From contig NIVC01003127.1 of NCBI GenBank assembly GCA_002269645.1, positions 1 to 64,000 of the forward strand: a DNA stretch of 64,000 nt, written 5' to 3'. Shown here in pieces: positions 51,041 to 62,306 of the stretch. The notes below the pieces were generated by a model that was given only the letters and a program-made list of their open reading frames with translations, was not told the DNA's origin and did no database searches. Made by a program: the position numbers and the translations under genes. Source of the DNA: Macrostomum lignano. Its lineage: Eukaryota. Each line of letters begins with the position of its first letter. The first letter of the stretch is position 1.

Positions 51041-51354
51041 CTGAGCAAACTGAAGGCGGTGAGAACCATTTTGGCTTTAATCAGCGGCGCCATCATCGAC
51101 AGCCACAATGGCGCGGGGGGGGGGGGTGGGCAGCAGTCTCCCGCCCCCGCCCCCTAAATCCGCCCCTGTGCAACGTTGCTAAGATTTCAAATCCTAGCAG
51201 GTCCAATGGGAGTAGAGTAAAGACAATGCCATCGAAAACCTTTTATAAGAAATCCGATGCACACGTATAAAAGGCTGGCTGGGAAAGATCTGGCTAAAGC
51301 CTGTGATTATTATACGTGTGCATGTTTCAACTATTCCTACATGTCATGCTTGTC

Positions 51355-52107
51355 ATGGAGTCCAAGTTTCTCATGGTGTTCCTTCTCGCCCTTCTGGACA
51401 GCCAGCTGCTCTCAGTTCTGGCCCAGCTGTGCCCCTCGCCGTTCAGCCTTGAAGCGGGAAAGTGCATTTTTGTGAACAAGACAAAGAGCTTCAGCTGGTG
51501 CGAGGCCAACCGGCAGTGCGCCATGATCGGAGGCGAGCTGCTCAACTCGTACAGCTCTCTGCAGCTGCTCAGCAGCATGCCGAGTTTCGACTGTGATCAC
51601 TGCCCCATCTGGTTTGGAGTGACCGACTTGGTTGACGAGAGGTCTTCGAGCAGATCGGGCTGGCAGATGGTCAACGGCAACGGCGTCATGCCGCTGAATG
51701 ACTCACTGTGGGGTGCTTCAGCTGAGCCAAACCTAGGCACCGACGAAAACTGCGTAATGCATTTGTCCCGTGGAAAATTCGGAAACAACCCTTGTTCTCG
51801 CTCATCAGTCGGATTCGCTTGCGAGTGGACTCCGAGTGCCACTCAGCCGCTGCCAACTGCTGCCCCGTGGAAGCGGACTTCATTCAAGCGAACCAGCTAC
51901 CATGCCAGCACTGAGTACTGCTACTCTGACCTGCTGCAGGTTGGCAACGCAATGAAGTGCGTAGCGGCTGGCATGAGATCGGGCAACTGCAGACACGTGC
52001 TGTACAACAGCAAGCTGAGAGCCTGCCGCCTGCTGCTGTTCACCGACGCTCAGGTGGAGGCGGAGATCGAGACGAGCGCCGACTGGGTCAAGTTCAGCGT
52101 GTATTGA
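51355..52107 (+). CDS. Secreted C-type lectin domain plus C-terminal PAN/apple-like protein (copy 2), single exon, 250 aa
   Basis: Signal peptide; CPSPF....KC, SWCEA...C...GGEL, IWFGVTD, W....EPN....ENC, FACE (CTLD); then C.....C...LYNSKLRACRLL (PAN-like). Confidence 0.9.
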   Translation: MESKFLMVFLLALLDSQLLSVLAQLCPSPFSLEAGKCIFVNKTKSFSWCEANRQCAMIGGELLNSYSSLQLLSSMPSFDCDHCPIWFGVTDLVDERSSSRSGWQMVNGNGVMPLNDSLWGASAEPNLGTDENCVMHLSRGKFGNNPCSRSSVGFACEWTPSATQPLPTAAPWKRTSFKRTSYHASTEYCYSDLLQVGNAMKCVAAGMRSGNCRHVLYNSKLRACRLLLFTDAQVEAEIETSADWVKFSVY

Positions 52108-53504
52108 GAGATTAAAATTAGCAGCAGTCCAGATCGAGAAGGGCCCTGCCAGTTGAAACAAATTTTCACAATCAATTTTTAACCATATGCGTTTTTCTTT
52201 TCTTTTTTTCTATTGCTGCTAATGCTGTTTAAGTAGAACCGAAAAACCGAAAGCTATTTTAGATACTGTTTACTCTTTGTGAAAAACTAAATTTATAATC
52301 GCATCCTATCTACCATAATGCAGTGCATTGATTTCGAAATTTCTGAACTAGACTCTAGAAAACGATGTGTTTACTGAACACGAAAGTGTTCTTGAACGAT
52401 GTTTTATTTTATTATAAATATCCTGCTAAAAAAGTTAGCGAATGGGATATTTTTATTCTTAGACCATGATATTTTCAATGTTTAACGTCATAAAATGATT
52501 ATAACATGTATTAGCTATCAATAGTTTTCAGTAATATCCAGATAATATTTTTTCAGCTTTTATCTTCAAGTGTTGTCCAGAATCTATTTCCATGCTACGT
52601 TTATATTTTTTCTTTTTAAGTAACTTAATCGTTGCACTTTGTTATATTCATAATTTAAAAAATCGATGTCTACATACTTATTATATCAATATTCGATCGC
52701 TTATCATCGGCTTTCTGGAAATGATTGTGTATTTTGATTTTCAAAGACATTCCGTCCGATGAAAAAATAAATTTCTTAATTTCGTTTTCAACGTCTTCTC
52801 GCGCATCACTATAAAAACAAAATCAGCACAGATGATATCGAATGCTTCAAAACTGCTTCTTGTGTTCTTCATTTCCCAAATCAGTGCTTGTTGAAGTGTA
52901 TTTGCTATAATTAGTTTTCCACATTGACGCGGGAGTGTGAGTTGAAAACTGTATTTCGTAAACCAGAAGTGGAAGAAGTACATTTAAAACATTATTCTTG
53001 ATTGCTCGAGTTTTTTATTATTGGCAGCTATAGTGTCATAGTGAAACAAGCAATAGTGCTATAGTGAAACAAAGTAGACCTACTTGAAGACGATAAAAAG
53101 ACGAAACACATTATAAACAATAAAACTATCACAACTGTAAACTGAATTCAACTCACATTGGTTAGAATTCTGTTTGACGGGAATTTCCACCCAGTCAAGC
53201 TATTCGGGAACAATGGATCGATTTCCGTTCTAAATCATCTAAATAAATAAACCATGGAAAAGCGCTGAAATACTTTGATGAGTGACCATAAAAGCCATTT
53301 TGCTAAAATTTTCTCTCCCACTTCAGTGGCAGCTTCCAGACATCCTTTAAAAGTTTTTCTTGAAGAAATGCTGTTTAACGTAAGCTTGCATAAAATGTTT
53401 CTAAGCTTTTCAACGAAATAAAAGATGGCTTTCAACCAAGTTATTGTTACTTTTCACAGCACAAATACAGAGGTGGCTTTTGAGAGAAATACTGGCTTCT
53501 CTCT

Positions 53505-54400
53505 TAGCATCTCTCTCTCAGCATCTCTCTTAGCATCTCTCTCTCTTAGCATCTCTCTCTCTCTCTCTTAGCATCTCTGTCTCTTAGCATCTCTGTCTCT
53601 TAGCATCTCTGTCTCTTAGCATCTCTGTCTCTTAGCATCTCTGTCTCTTAGCATCTCTCTCTCGCTTAGCATCTCTATCTTAGCATCTCTCTCTTAGCAT
53701 CTCTCTCTCGCTTAGCATCTCTATCTTAGCATCTCTCTCTTAGCATCTCTCTCTCTTAGCATCTCTCTCCTAGCATCTCTCTCCTAGCATCTCTCTCCTC
53801 TCTCTCTCTCTTAGCATCTCTCTCTCTCCTAGCATCTCTCTCTTAGCATCTCTCTCTCAGCATCTCTCTTAGCATCTCTCTCTCTTAGCATCTCTCTCTC
53901 TCTCTTAGCATCTCTGTCTCTTAGCATCTCTGTCTCTTAGCATCTCTGTCTCTTAGCATCTCTGTCTCTTAGCATCTCTGTCTCTTAGCATCTCTGTCTC
54001 TTAGCATCTCTCTCTCGCTTAGCATCTCTATCTTAGCATCTCTCTCTTAGCATCTCTCTCTCGCTTAGCATCTCTATCTTAGCATCTCTCTCTTAGCATC
54101 TCTCTCTCTTAGCATCTCTCTCCTAGCATCTCTCTCCTAGCATCTCTCTCCTCTCTCTCTCTCTTAGCATCTCTCTCTCTCCTAGCATCTCTCTCTTAGC
54201 ATCTCTCTCTTAGCATCTCTCTCTTAGCATCTCTCTCTTAGCATCTCTCTCTTAGCATCTCTCTCTTAGCATCTCTCTCTTAGCATCTCTCTCTTAGCAT
54301 CTCTCTCTTAGCATCTCTCTCTTAGCATCTCTCTCTTAGCATCTCTCTCTTAGCATCTCTCTCTTAGCATCTCTCTCTTAGCATCTCTCCTGGCATCTAT
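53505..54400 (+). repeat. Variable minisatellite (ttagcatctctctc)n with an internal higher-order duplication
   Basis: tagcatctct core with variable CT extension; the block ~53510-53850 recurs at ~53860-54200. Confidence 0.95.
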
Positions 54401-54649
54401 CTGCTAAGGCAAAAACTTGTTAAATAAAGGAATTTTCAGAATTTGACTTTTACATTACTGAAGACTTTTCTTCTAGAAGTATACATTATCATACGGTACG
54501 TGAAGTTCGCGAAGGTCACTACATCAGTCCGCCTGTGGAAGATGAAGTACTTTTGAATGAGCTGATGATGGTGTTGAGCACATACTGTGCGCAGGAAAGG
54601 GTTGGGAAGGCTACAAAACTACATGTATGAAACGGCGATGTAAATTGTT

Positions 54650-55400
54650 GTGAATATGTAAAATGTGATTTTTTACCTGGCGATTGGCAAAGTCAGTCAA
54701 AGTAAAAAGTTTCTTATAAGGCGTAAATTGCACTTTTGGCCTCTCCCGTCGCGTTCAGGGGGTAGTGGTGGTGAAGGCTTTCGATCTGTGGTGGGTCACG
54801 TCCCGGGTCTCTCCGGTTCTGGCTCGGGTTGTTGCAGGGCTCCGTCCGGGATTGCTGTAGGTTCCGTGTCGCTGGTGTCGTCGTTCCTGATGTCCGGCTC
54901 CTGAGCTGTTTCCCATTTTTGTGATTGCTTGGTAGCCGATCGTACTCTCCAGGCTTTGTGCTGATCGACTGGACTTAAGAATGTCGACAGAAATGGATTC
55001 TTGGCTTCCTGTTGCCATTTTGATGATGAAGAGCTTCGAAAGTCTCTTTAAAATCGAGTAGGTACCTTGGTACGATGCTTCCGATCGTCAATATCCGCAG
55101 CTTCAGTCGGCTAGATGGGGATGCGACCAGCCATGGTCTCAATTATTGAGTCTTTGCTGATTCAAAACTGTAGTTACTGGATTCTTCTTGTGTTTCACTC
55201 CTGGCACCTTTTTAAGCGATCAGTTTGTCAGCGACCTGTCGATGCTTCTGTTTGTCTTCTACCATTTCGAAATGCTGGCAACGAATCTCAAACCTGCGCA
55301 TGATGGGCCAAAAACCAGGATAGGAGCAATGCGCCTATTGTCAATATCCATGTCTGTGTCATTTTTGCGACCGTCCCAGTATCAAAAAATTAATGCAGTT
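54650..55400 (-). mobile_element. Possible degraded LTR-retrotransposon integrase C-terminal relic
   Basis: Broken minus-strand frames with weak resemblance to the integrase core (DN., NG.R.E, MAGR.P), then an acidic/Pro-rich tail ending RKPSPPLPPER. Confidence 0.25.
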
Positions 55401-55911
55401 TTGTGACTTAAAAGTAATCCGGCCGTATCTCAAAATAAGTGTCTGCGCGACGCCAAAATGTGTCCCTGCGACACCGATTCTCAGAATAATTTACATATAG
55501 GAATTTAGTCACATACGAGTAGAATTCCTGACTTTCTCCCCCCCACCCTAAAAAATCCATGGCGATGCCCCTGATTTTTTGGAAGAATTCCCGAGAAAAT
55601 GCTACTTGCTAGTACTAATTTTGACCTCAAAGTCTGACAAAAAAATTCTAACCAAAAAGTGTCGCACTGACTGTTCTCATTGGACCCGAGCTTTAAACTC
55701 AGAACAATGAATACGCGCGCAGAAAACTGCTTGGAAAGAATCAGTCTCGTGACTGACGATCAATCGCGAGGATTCTAGAATAACTCTTGGAATTTCTGCA
55801 AAGTTCTGTGTCAGTCAACAGGGAATTAGGATGGCTATAAACTAGGTAAAAAACGATAAAAAGGCGGCTTGTCAATCAAGTTAGCAAACACTTTGAAACC
55901 TAAATATTGCC

Positions 55912-56661
55912 ATGGAAACTGGTTGGTTGATTTTTCTTTTTGCCCTGCTGGACAGCCAGCTGCTGTCAGCTCTGGCCCAGCTGTGCCCCTCGCCGTTCAG
56001 CCTTGAGGCCGGGAAGTGCATATTCGTAAATAGGGTGAGGAGCTTCAGCTGGTGCGAGGCCAACCGGCATTGCGCCATGATCGGAGGCGAGTTGCTCAAC
56101 TCGTACAGCTCTCTGCAGCTGCTCAGCAGCATGCCGAGTTTCGCTTGCAGAAACTGCCGAATTTGGTTTGGAGTGACCGACTTGGCTGACGAGAGGTCTT
56201 CGAGCAGATCGGGCTGGCAGATGGTCAACGGCAACGGCGTCATGCCGCTAAATGACTCACTGTGGGGTCTTTCACATGAGCCAAACGGAGGCACTGGGGA
56301 AAACTGCCTAGTACATTACAAGTCCTATGGAAAAATCGGAAATGGCTTTTGTACCCGTCAATTCGGATTCGCTTGCGAGTGGACACCGAGTGCCGCCCAG
56401 CCGCTGCCAACTGCTGCCTCGTGGAAGCTGACTCCGTTCAAGCGAACCAGCTACCATGCCAGCACTGAGTACTGCTACTCTGACCTGCTGCAGGTTGCCA
56501 ACTCGCTGCAGTGCATGGCGGCTGGCATGAAATCAAGCAACTGCAGACACGTGCTGTACAACAGCAAGCTGAGAGCCTGCCGCCTGCTGCTGTTCACCGA
56601 CGCTCAGGTGGAGGCGGAGATCGAGACGAGCGCCGACTGGGTCAAGTTCAGCGTGTACTGA
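55912..56661 (+). CDS. Secreted C-type lectin domain plus PAN/apple-like protein (copy 3), single exon, 249 aa
   Basis: Same architecture as copy 2, intact ORF, AATAAA at 56768-73. Confidence 0.92.
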   Translation: METGWLIFLFALLDSQLLSALAQLCPSPFSLEAGKCIFVNRVRSFSWCEANRHCAMIGGELLNSYSSLQLLSSMPSFACRNCRIWFGVTDLADERSSSRSGWQMVNGNGVMPLNDSLWGLSHEPNGGTGENCLVHYKSYGKIGNGFCTRQFGFACEWTPSAAQPLPTAASWKLTPFKRTSYHASTEYCYSDLLQVANSLQCMAAGMKSSNCRHVLYNSKLRACRLLLFTDAQVEAEIETSADWVKFSVY

Positions 56662-57284
56662 GAAGTTTTAATTAATATCAGTCCAGAGAAAGGCCGCATG
56701 CCAGTTGATATGAATTCTCATAATCAATTTTAAACCATATATTTATATCTTTTCTTCTGTAGCTGCTAATAAATGCTGTTGTGCTTAACAAAAAAACAAA
56801 TGCTGGGTATTGGGTATTCTCTGAGTAATTAAAACTAGAATTTGATCCTATCTATGGTTTCTGGAATGGGGCTAAGCAGATGGTCTGCAGTTCGAGTCTG
56901 CATTGAAGCAGAGAATTTATCTCCGTAACCTGTGACAATAAAGATTGTTTCCCATGCATCGCATGCTGTATAATGTAGATTTTTTTAAAGTTTTTTTCTT
57001 GGGTTGCATTAATCTTCAAGAGCGGTGCTAATCTGCTGTGAGTAAATTCTAGCTCGTAATTTGCAGAGAGTTTGCTAATCTGGGGCGTAGTACTAATCTG
57101 GGTGGGAGTGGTGCTAATCTGTGGGTTGGTTGGTCACTGCTGATGAAAGATTGCAAATTTTTTATTATAAGCTATTTTTTAAGTATAAAGAAACTCAACA
57201 AAAGAAAGAAAGAAAAAGGAATCACCATGTGAACCAAAATGCGTCATGTCAGCTAAAAAGCGTCATGTAAAACATAGAAGAAGC

Positions 57285-57880
57285 GCCATGTCAACCATAG
57301 AAGAAGCGCCATGTCAACCTTAGAAGAAGCGCCATGTCAACCATAGATGAAGCGCCATGTCAACCATAGAAGAAGCGCCATGTCAACCATAGAAGAAGTG
57401 CCATGTCAACCATAGAATAAGCGCCATGTCAACCTTAGAAGAAGCGCCATGTCAACCTTAGAAGAAGCGCCATGTCAACCATTGAAGAAGCGCCATGTCA
57501 ACCATAGAAGAAGCGCCATGCCAACCATTGAAGAAGCGCCATGTCAACCATAGAAGAAGCGCCATGCCAACCATTGAAGAAGCGCCATGTCAACCATAGA
57601 AGAAGCGCCATGTCAACCATAGAAGAAGCGCCATGCCAACCATAGAAGAAGCGCCATGTCAACCATAGAAGAAGTGCCATGTCAACCATAGAAGAAGCGC
57701 CATGTCAACCATAGAAGAAGCGCCATGCCAACCATAGAAGAAGCGCCATGTCAACCATAGAAGAAGTGCCATGTCAACCATAGAAGAAGCGCCATGTCAA
57801 TCATAGAAGAAGCGCCATGTCAACTATAGAAGAAGCGCCATGTCAACCATAGAAGAAGCGCCATGCCAACCATAGAAGGC
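57285..57880 (+). repeat. Minisatellite, 23-bp unit (gcgccatgtcaaccatagaagaa)
   Basis: About 26 units. Confidence 0.95.
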
Positions 57881-59082
57881 AGCAATGCCTCTCGCCGGTT
57901 GTGTGACAATGCTGCTTAAAGTCCGCCAGGGTGCACACAGCATGGCCACTGCCTCTAAAAACATTTGTGGCAAAAGACTTTTCATTGTCAAAGCGATTTA
58001 CTCGAACTAAATGACAAGGCTCTTCAAAACTGTTTAGAGATTATATACGCTCGTATTAGCAATAAAAACGACCTTCTTGGTAGCTCAAAGCAGCTTCATC
58101 GCTTGTTTGATTGCTATACCTGCAAGAAGTCCATTGGCTTTTGAGAAATAAAATCACACTATTACCATCAGCATGCTTCCAATTTCCACACGCTACATTT
58201 TACTTCGTAGTAACTGGTCTACATAGTGCAGTTGGCCCACATGCAGTTTTATACAGAATTGTAGAGTACATTGTACAACTTCCGTTATATTCCGTTTTTC
58301 CCAATCCAAAATCAGGCTTCATTATTTGAGCAAAATTCAGATCCGGCTGTGAAAGTCAAATAAGAAATCTAACTACATGCAGCAGCTACCTTACTTATCA
58401 GAGTTGGCATCCGGCATCGGGTTGGTGCGACATGCAAACATTTATCTGGGCAACTGCAAACTCTCTGATATTTGACACCAATGCAGACAGAGGGACTGAC
58501 TAAAAGTTTTCACAGTGCGTTCAGTTTTTGCAAACGCTGCAAAATGGAGAATCTAGATCTTATATTGAAATTAAAAGTTGTCTGCTGAATGGTTAACCAC
58601 ATTTGACTAATAATTATTCTGATAAGCTCTCCAATATTTCGTATGTTGCCTGGAAAGTATACGCACTTTGATTAATAAGACAATAATATGATGGGCTAAC
58701 TTGCTATACTGTCGCTGAGTTTGGTAAAACCTTTCCTGCTTACGTTCCCGATTTATTTCTCGTTTGCATTCGTTTTCGTTCGCATTTATATTCTTTAAAG
58801 ATGTAGTAAGCTGAAAAGCGTACTTTTGTAATTGTTTGACAATTATTGGTTTAATCAATTGCTGTGCTTACTGTGTATTTGGCTATATATGTAGCAATTT
58901 GGCATCTCAGTACCAAAAGGAAGAACAGTAATTTAATGGCAGAATGTATGCAGTACACATATTAATTAAGTAGTAAGTTGGACTATTAGAGTAGCCTAGC
59001 TACGCTCGTATGCATGACCGCTGGTATAACTAGAATAACTAGAATGGCTCACTTAGGCATAAATACTTAGTAAAACAGCTTT

Positions 59083-59279
59083 CTACTTTCAGTTCAGTAG
59101 CAAAGAAGTATACAGAAACTATTTTATAATAATCAAGGCAGTTTAAATGACTTTGATAAGTTTAAAAGCCAAGCTTGCAGGCGTAAACAAGTTGCAAATT
59201 GGTTTATCAATAATGTAAATTAGCCAGTCCACTTTAATACATAATGCTTCTGTTTAACTTGCTACTGAACTGAAAGTAG
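59083..59279. mobile_element. Possible MITE bounded by a perfect 20-bp inverted repeat
   Basis: ctactttcagttcagtagca (59083-59102) and tgctactgaactgaaagtag (59260-59279); no TSD identified. Confidence 0.5.
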
Positions 59280-60054
59280 CTTACACGCAAATGTGCTGAG
59301 TGACCCATAAAAAGCGCGAAAAACTCTTACGGCTTGAGTCCAGGCTGCCACATGCTTACAGGCAACAATTTGCGCCTAATTAAAAATGGTGAATTAAAGC
59401 AATGCGATGAACAACGAGTAAAATGGCGCACTTCAATTACATTAGCGTATTTGCATTATGAATAAGCATTGTTAGAACAGAACATTCGAATAATTTAAAT
59501 TTAAATAGAAAGTAAAACGTCAGATTAAACCAATAACCAAAAACAGTTAATGCTAGAAAATTGCAAGCCAACAAACCAAACAATGATACACTATTAACTA
59601 ACTAGAAAAAACCTATTAATTAGAAAAAACGTGATATACCGGTTACATGTACATGTAGCTTGACGTTTTTCAGATTTCTCTGTTTAACGAACATGTATGC
59701 AAACGCGTAAATCAGACTTAGGCTAAACAAATTTAACTATCTGTGTTTATTTTTACGTATAAAATACTTGCCTTAAAATTTGCACTCAATGCAGCTACCT
59801 TCGTAATCAATTTTAGAATTTAGCTGTTTTACGCTTTTAGAATCCAATAAATATTCTGTTTTGACTTCAAAAAAACATTTTCAATTATTTCAATAAAGGT
59901 ATTTTAAGGCTAGTACTAAACATGAAAATAAAAGACCATTCGTTACGCAGTTCGTGTCCTCAAAAGACAAATTAAAGTATTGTTCCTTAAGAATCAGTCA
60001 TAAATTTTATCATTCGCACTATTCCGATCTAAACGAACAAGTATTAAAAAGGGC

Positions 60055-62306
60055 TTAAGCGTTTACCACAGCTTCATTTACTATCCTCTCTTCAGTTAAA
60101 GCTTTGTAGCTGATCGACCTATTTATAGCAACTTCATCAATGACGACTGCAGACTCTTCCACCTGCTGCTGATCGATTCTGCTGTTGAGGCTACCGCCAC
60201 CGGAGCACCAGCAGCCGAGGCAGCAGTGCGTGCAGTAAGCCACATCCCGACTGGGGCAGCAGAGAAGCCATCTTGGAACAAAGAATTTAAGTAAAAACGA
60301 GCAAATGGTGACAGCCACTGTGATGATTGATGAAGCGGTGTTGTCGAAAATGTCTGGCGGATTAATGGCTTCCCGAATCCAAAGTTCAAAACATATCAGG
60401 CCAACGGTGCTAAAATAGTCGAATAGAATTTCGGCCGAATTCCAACTTAAGCGCTTGCGGGTAATAGCAAGAGGTTTGTGGCAGCAAAATTTGAATAACT
60501 TTGTTTCGCAGCAATGTAGCACAAGAATGAGAATTAAGCAACCTAAGACGAAAGAAGCGTAAATTATTATGATTAACAGCTCCCACGGACAGTCGCAATC
60601 CTTGCGGCAAATTTCGAAGCAGATATCATTGTCGAAGAGACGTCTAACTGTGCACTTATCGTGTTTGAACAGCGGAGTGGCGACTGCCAAACTTCTAATG
60701 ATCTTAATCCGCGACAGAACAAAGAAAATAAATTGAAAACTGGTCCACAATATGTCCCACCACCAATCCAAGTTGTCTATTTCGGCAAACTTCTGCTTCG
60801 CGTTTGTAAGATCGGCGTTTTCGTCGTTGAATGACAGCAGCTCCACTTGGTCAGCAGACACGATGACTTCGAGTGTTTTTCTGGCTCCTTCTGGAACTTC
60901 TTGGGTTTGAGGCTTATAAGATATGCCTTTGTAACGATTTTGATCAGCAATATGATCAGTAATGATCAAATGGAATGGATCTTCATTCTCCGATAGAACT
61001 TCAACGTGCTCACCAACGTTAAATTTTCTGTTTTCAGTGCAGTCTTGTGGCTGCCTGCGTTTGCAACAGCAGCACTGAAGAAGTTTACTGTAAATGTAAC
61101 AGCAGCACTGAAGAAGTTTACTGTAAATGTAACAGCAGCACTGAAGAAGTTTACTGTAAATGTAACAGCAGCACTGAAGAAGTTTACTGTAAATGTAACG
61201 GCAGCACTGAAGAAGTTTACTGTAAATGTAACAGCAGCACTGAAGAAGTTTACTGTAAATGTAACGGCAGCACTGAAGAAGTTTACTGTAAATGTAACAG
61301 CAGCACTGAAGAAGTTTACTGTAGCAATCGTAGCCGCAGCAGCTAGCACGACAACATCCGCCAGCCAGAGGCAGCAGCTCTAAGTCATCCAGTGTTCGAA
61401 CCGTAGACTTTCGCAGCCAGTCGCAAAATATTTTACTTTGAATATCTTTGCCATGGCTGTTCACCCAGATTGACTTGCCAATGAGTTTTTCGGTCTTTTC
61501 TTCCAAGAATTCCTTGGCAATACGAATGGGGACCGCTGTTGATCCGAAGCTCCTGATCACATCAGCTGATTTTATCTCTACATCTTTTTGAACTGTGAAA
61601 AAGTAACTTGTTTTTGCGGAATTCTTCATCATACTGTAGGATGAAACTTCTAAAGACAGGAAATTGTCAATTTTATCTTCAGAGAGCTCCCCAAACTTCT
61701 GCACTTTGGCCAAAATGTGTTTGTCGATTCGAACGAATCGAGCGTCGAAGGGGCTGACTTTTTCTCGTATCCTTGCTTCGAACGAATCGAACGAACAGCC
61801 CTGCTGCTTCAGTTGATTTATTGATTCAAAAGGAATTTCAAAGTACTTCCTGTTGTCGCAGTGCTTTGTGCAGCACCAGCGGACGAAATCCTGTGAGTTG
61901 TTCCATCTTGAGTCGTAACAACGTTCTCCAATACGAGAAACCGCCCGTTTGAGCACCTCTTCTGAAGGCAGCACCTTCACTCTGTTTCTGCCAGTGTATG
62001 TCAGCTTGTACAACGACCTGCGTCCAGGGTCCAGCCAAAGAGTCCTCCGAGTGATAACTGCTGGCTCGAAACCAAAGAGGGTCGCCAGAAATTTCAGAAG
62101 CCAGATGATGATTCCATTGCTACAAAGTGTTTGTATCCACGTCCAGTCGGATATGTAGGATATCACTTCCACCTTATGGTAACAATCGCTGTTTCTGTTC
62201 GTTTCCGGCTTGAACTCTTTGGCTAAAATTGCGTAATCGTAGCTGAATCGGCTGCGAAAAGCCACAGGTGTGCCAGCTTCCAAAATTAGTTGATCGCTTG
62301 TAGCCT
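60055..62306 (-). CDS. Membrane protein with degenerate LRAT/H-rev107 (permuted NlpC/P60)-like repeats and a Cys-rich TM C-terminus; last large exon
   Basis: Open frame of over 2.2 kb in AT-rich DNA. Acceptor ttccttcatcctattcatccgtag at ~62307. LEAGTPVAFRS..YDYAI...VEVISY...EEVLKRAVSRIGERCYDSRWNNSQDFVRWC follows the LRAT pattern. About three hydrophobic helices near the C-terminus. Possible upstream mini-exon ~62590-62620. Confidence 0.8.
61066..61325 (-). repeat. In-frame 33-bp tandem repeat x8 encoding YIYSKLLQCCC
   Basis: acagcagcactgaagaagtttactgtaaatgta units inside the 60055-62306 ORF. Confidence 0.96.
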
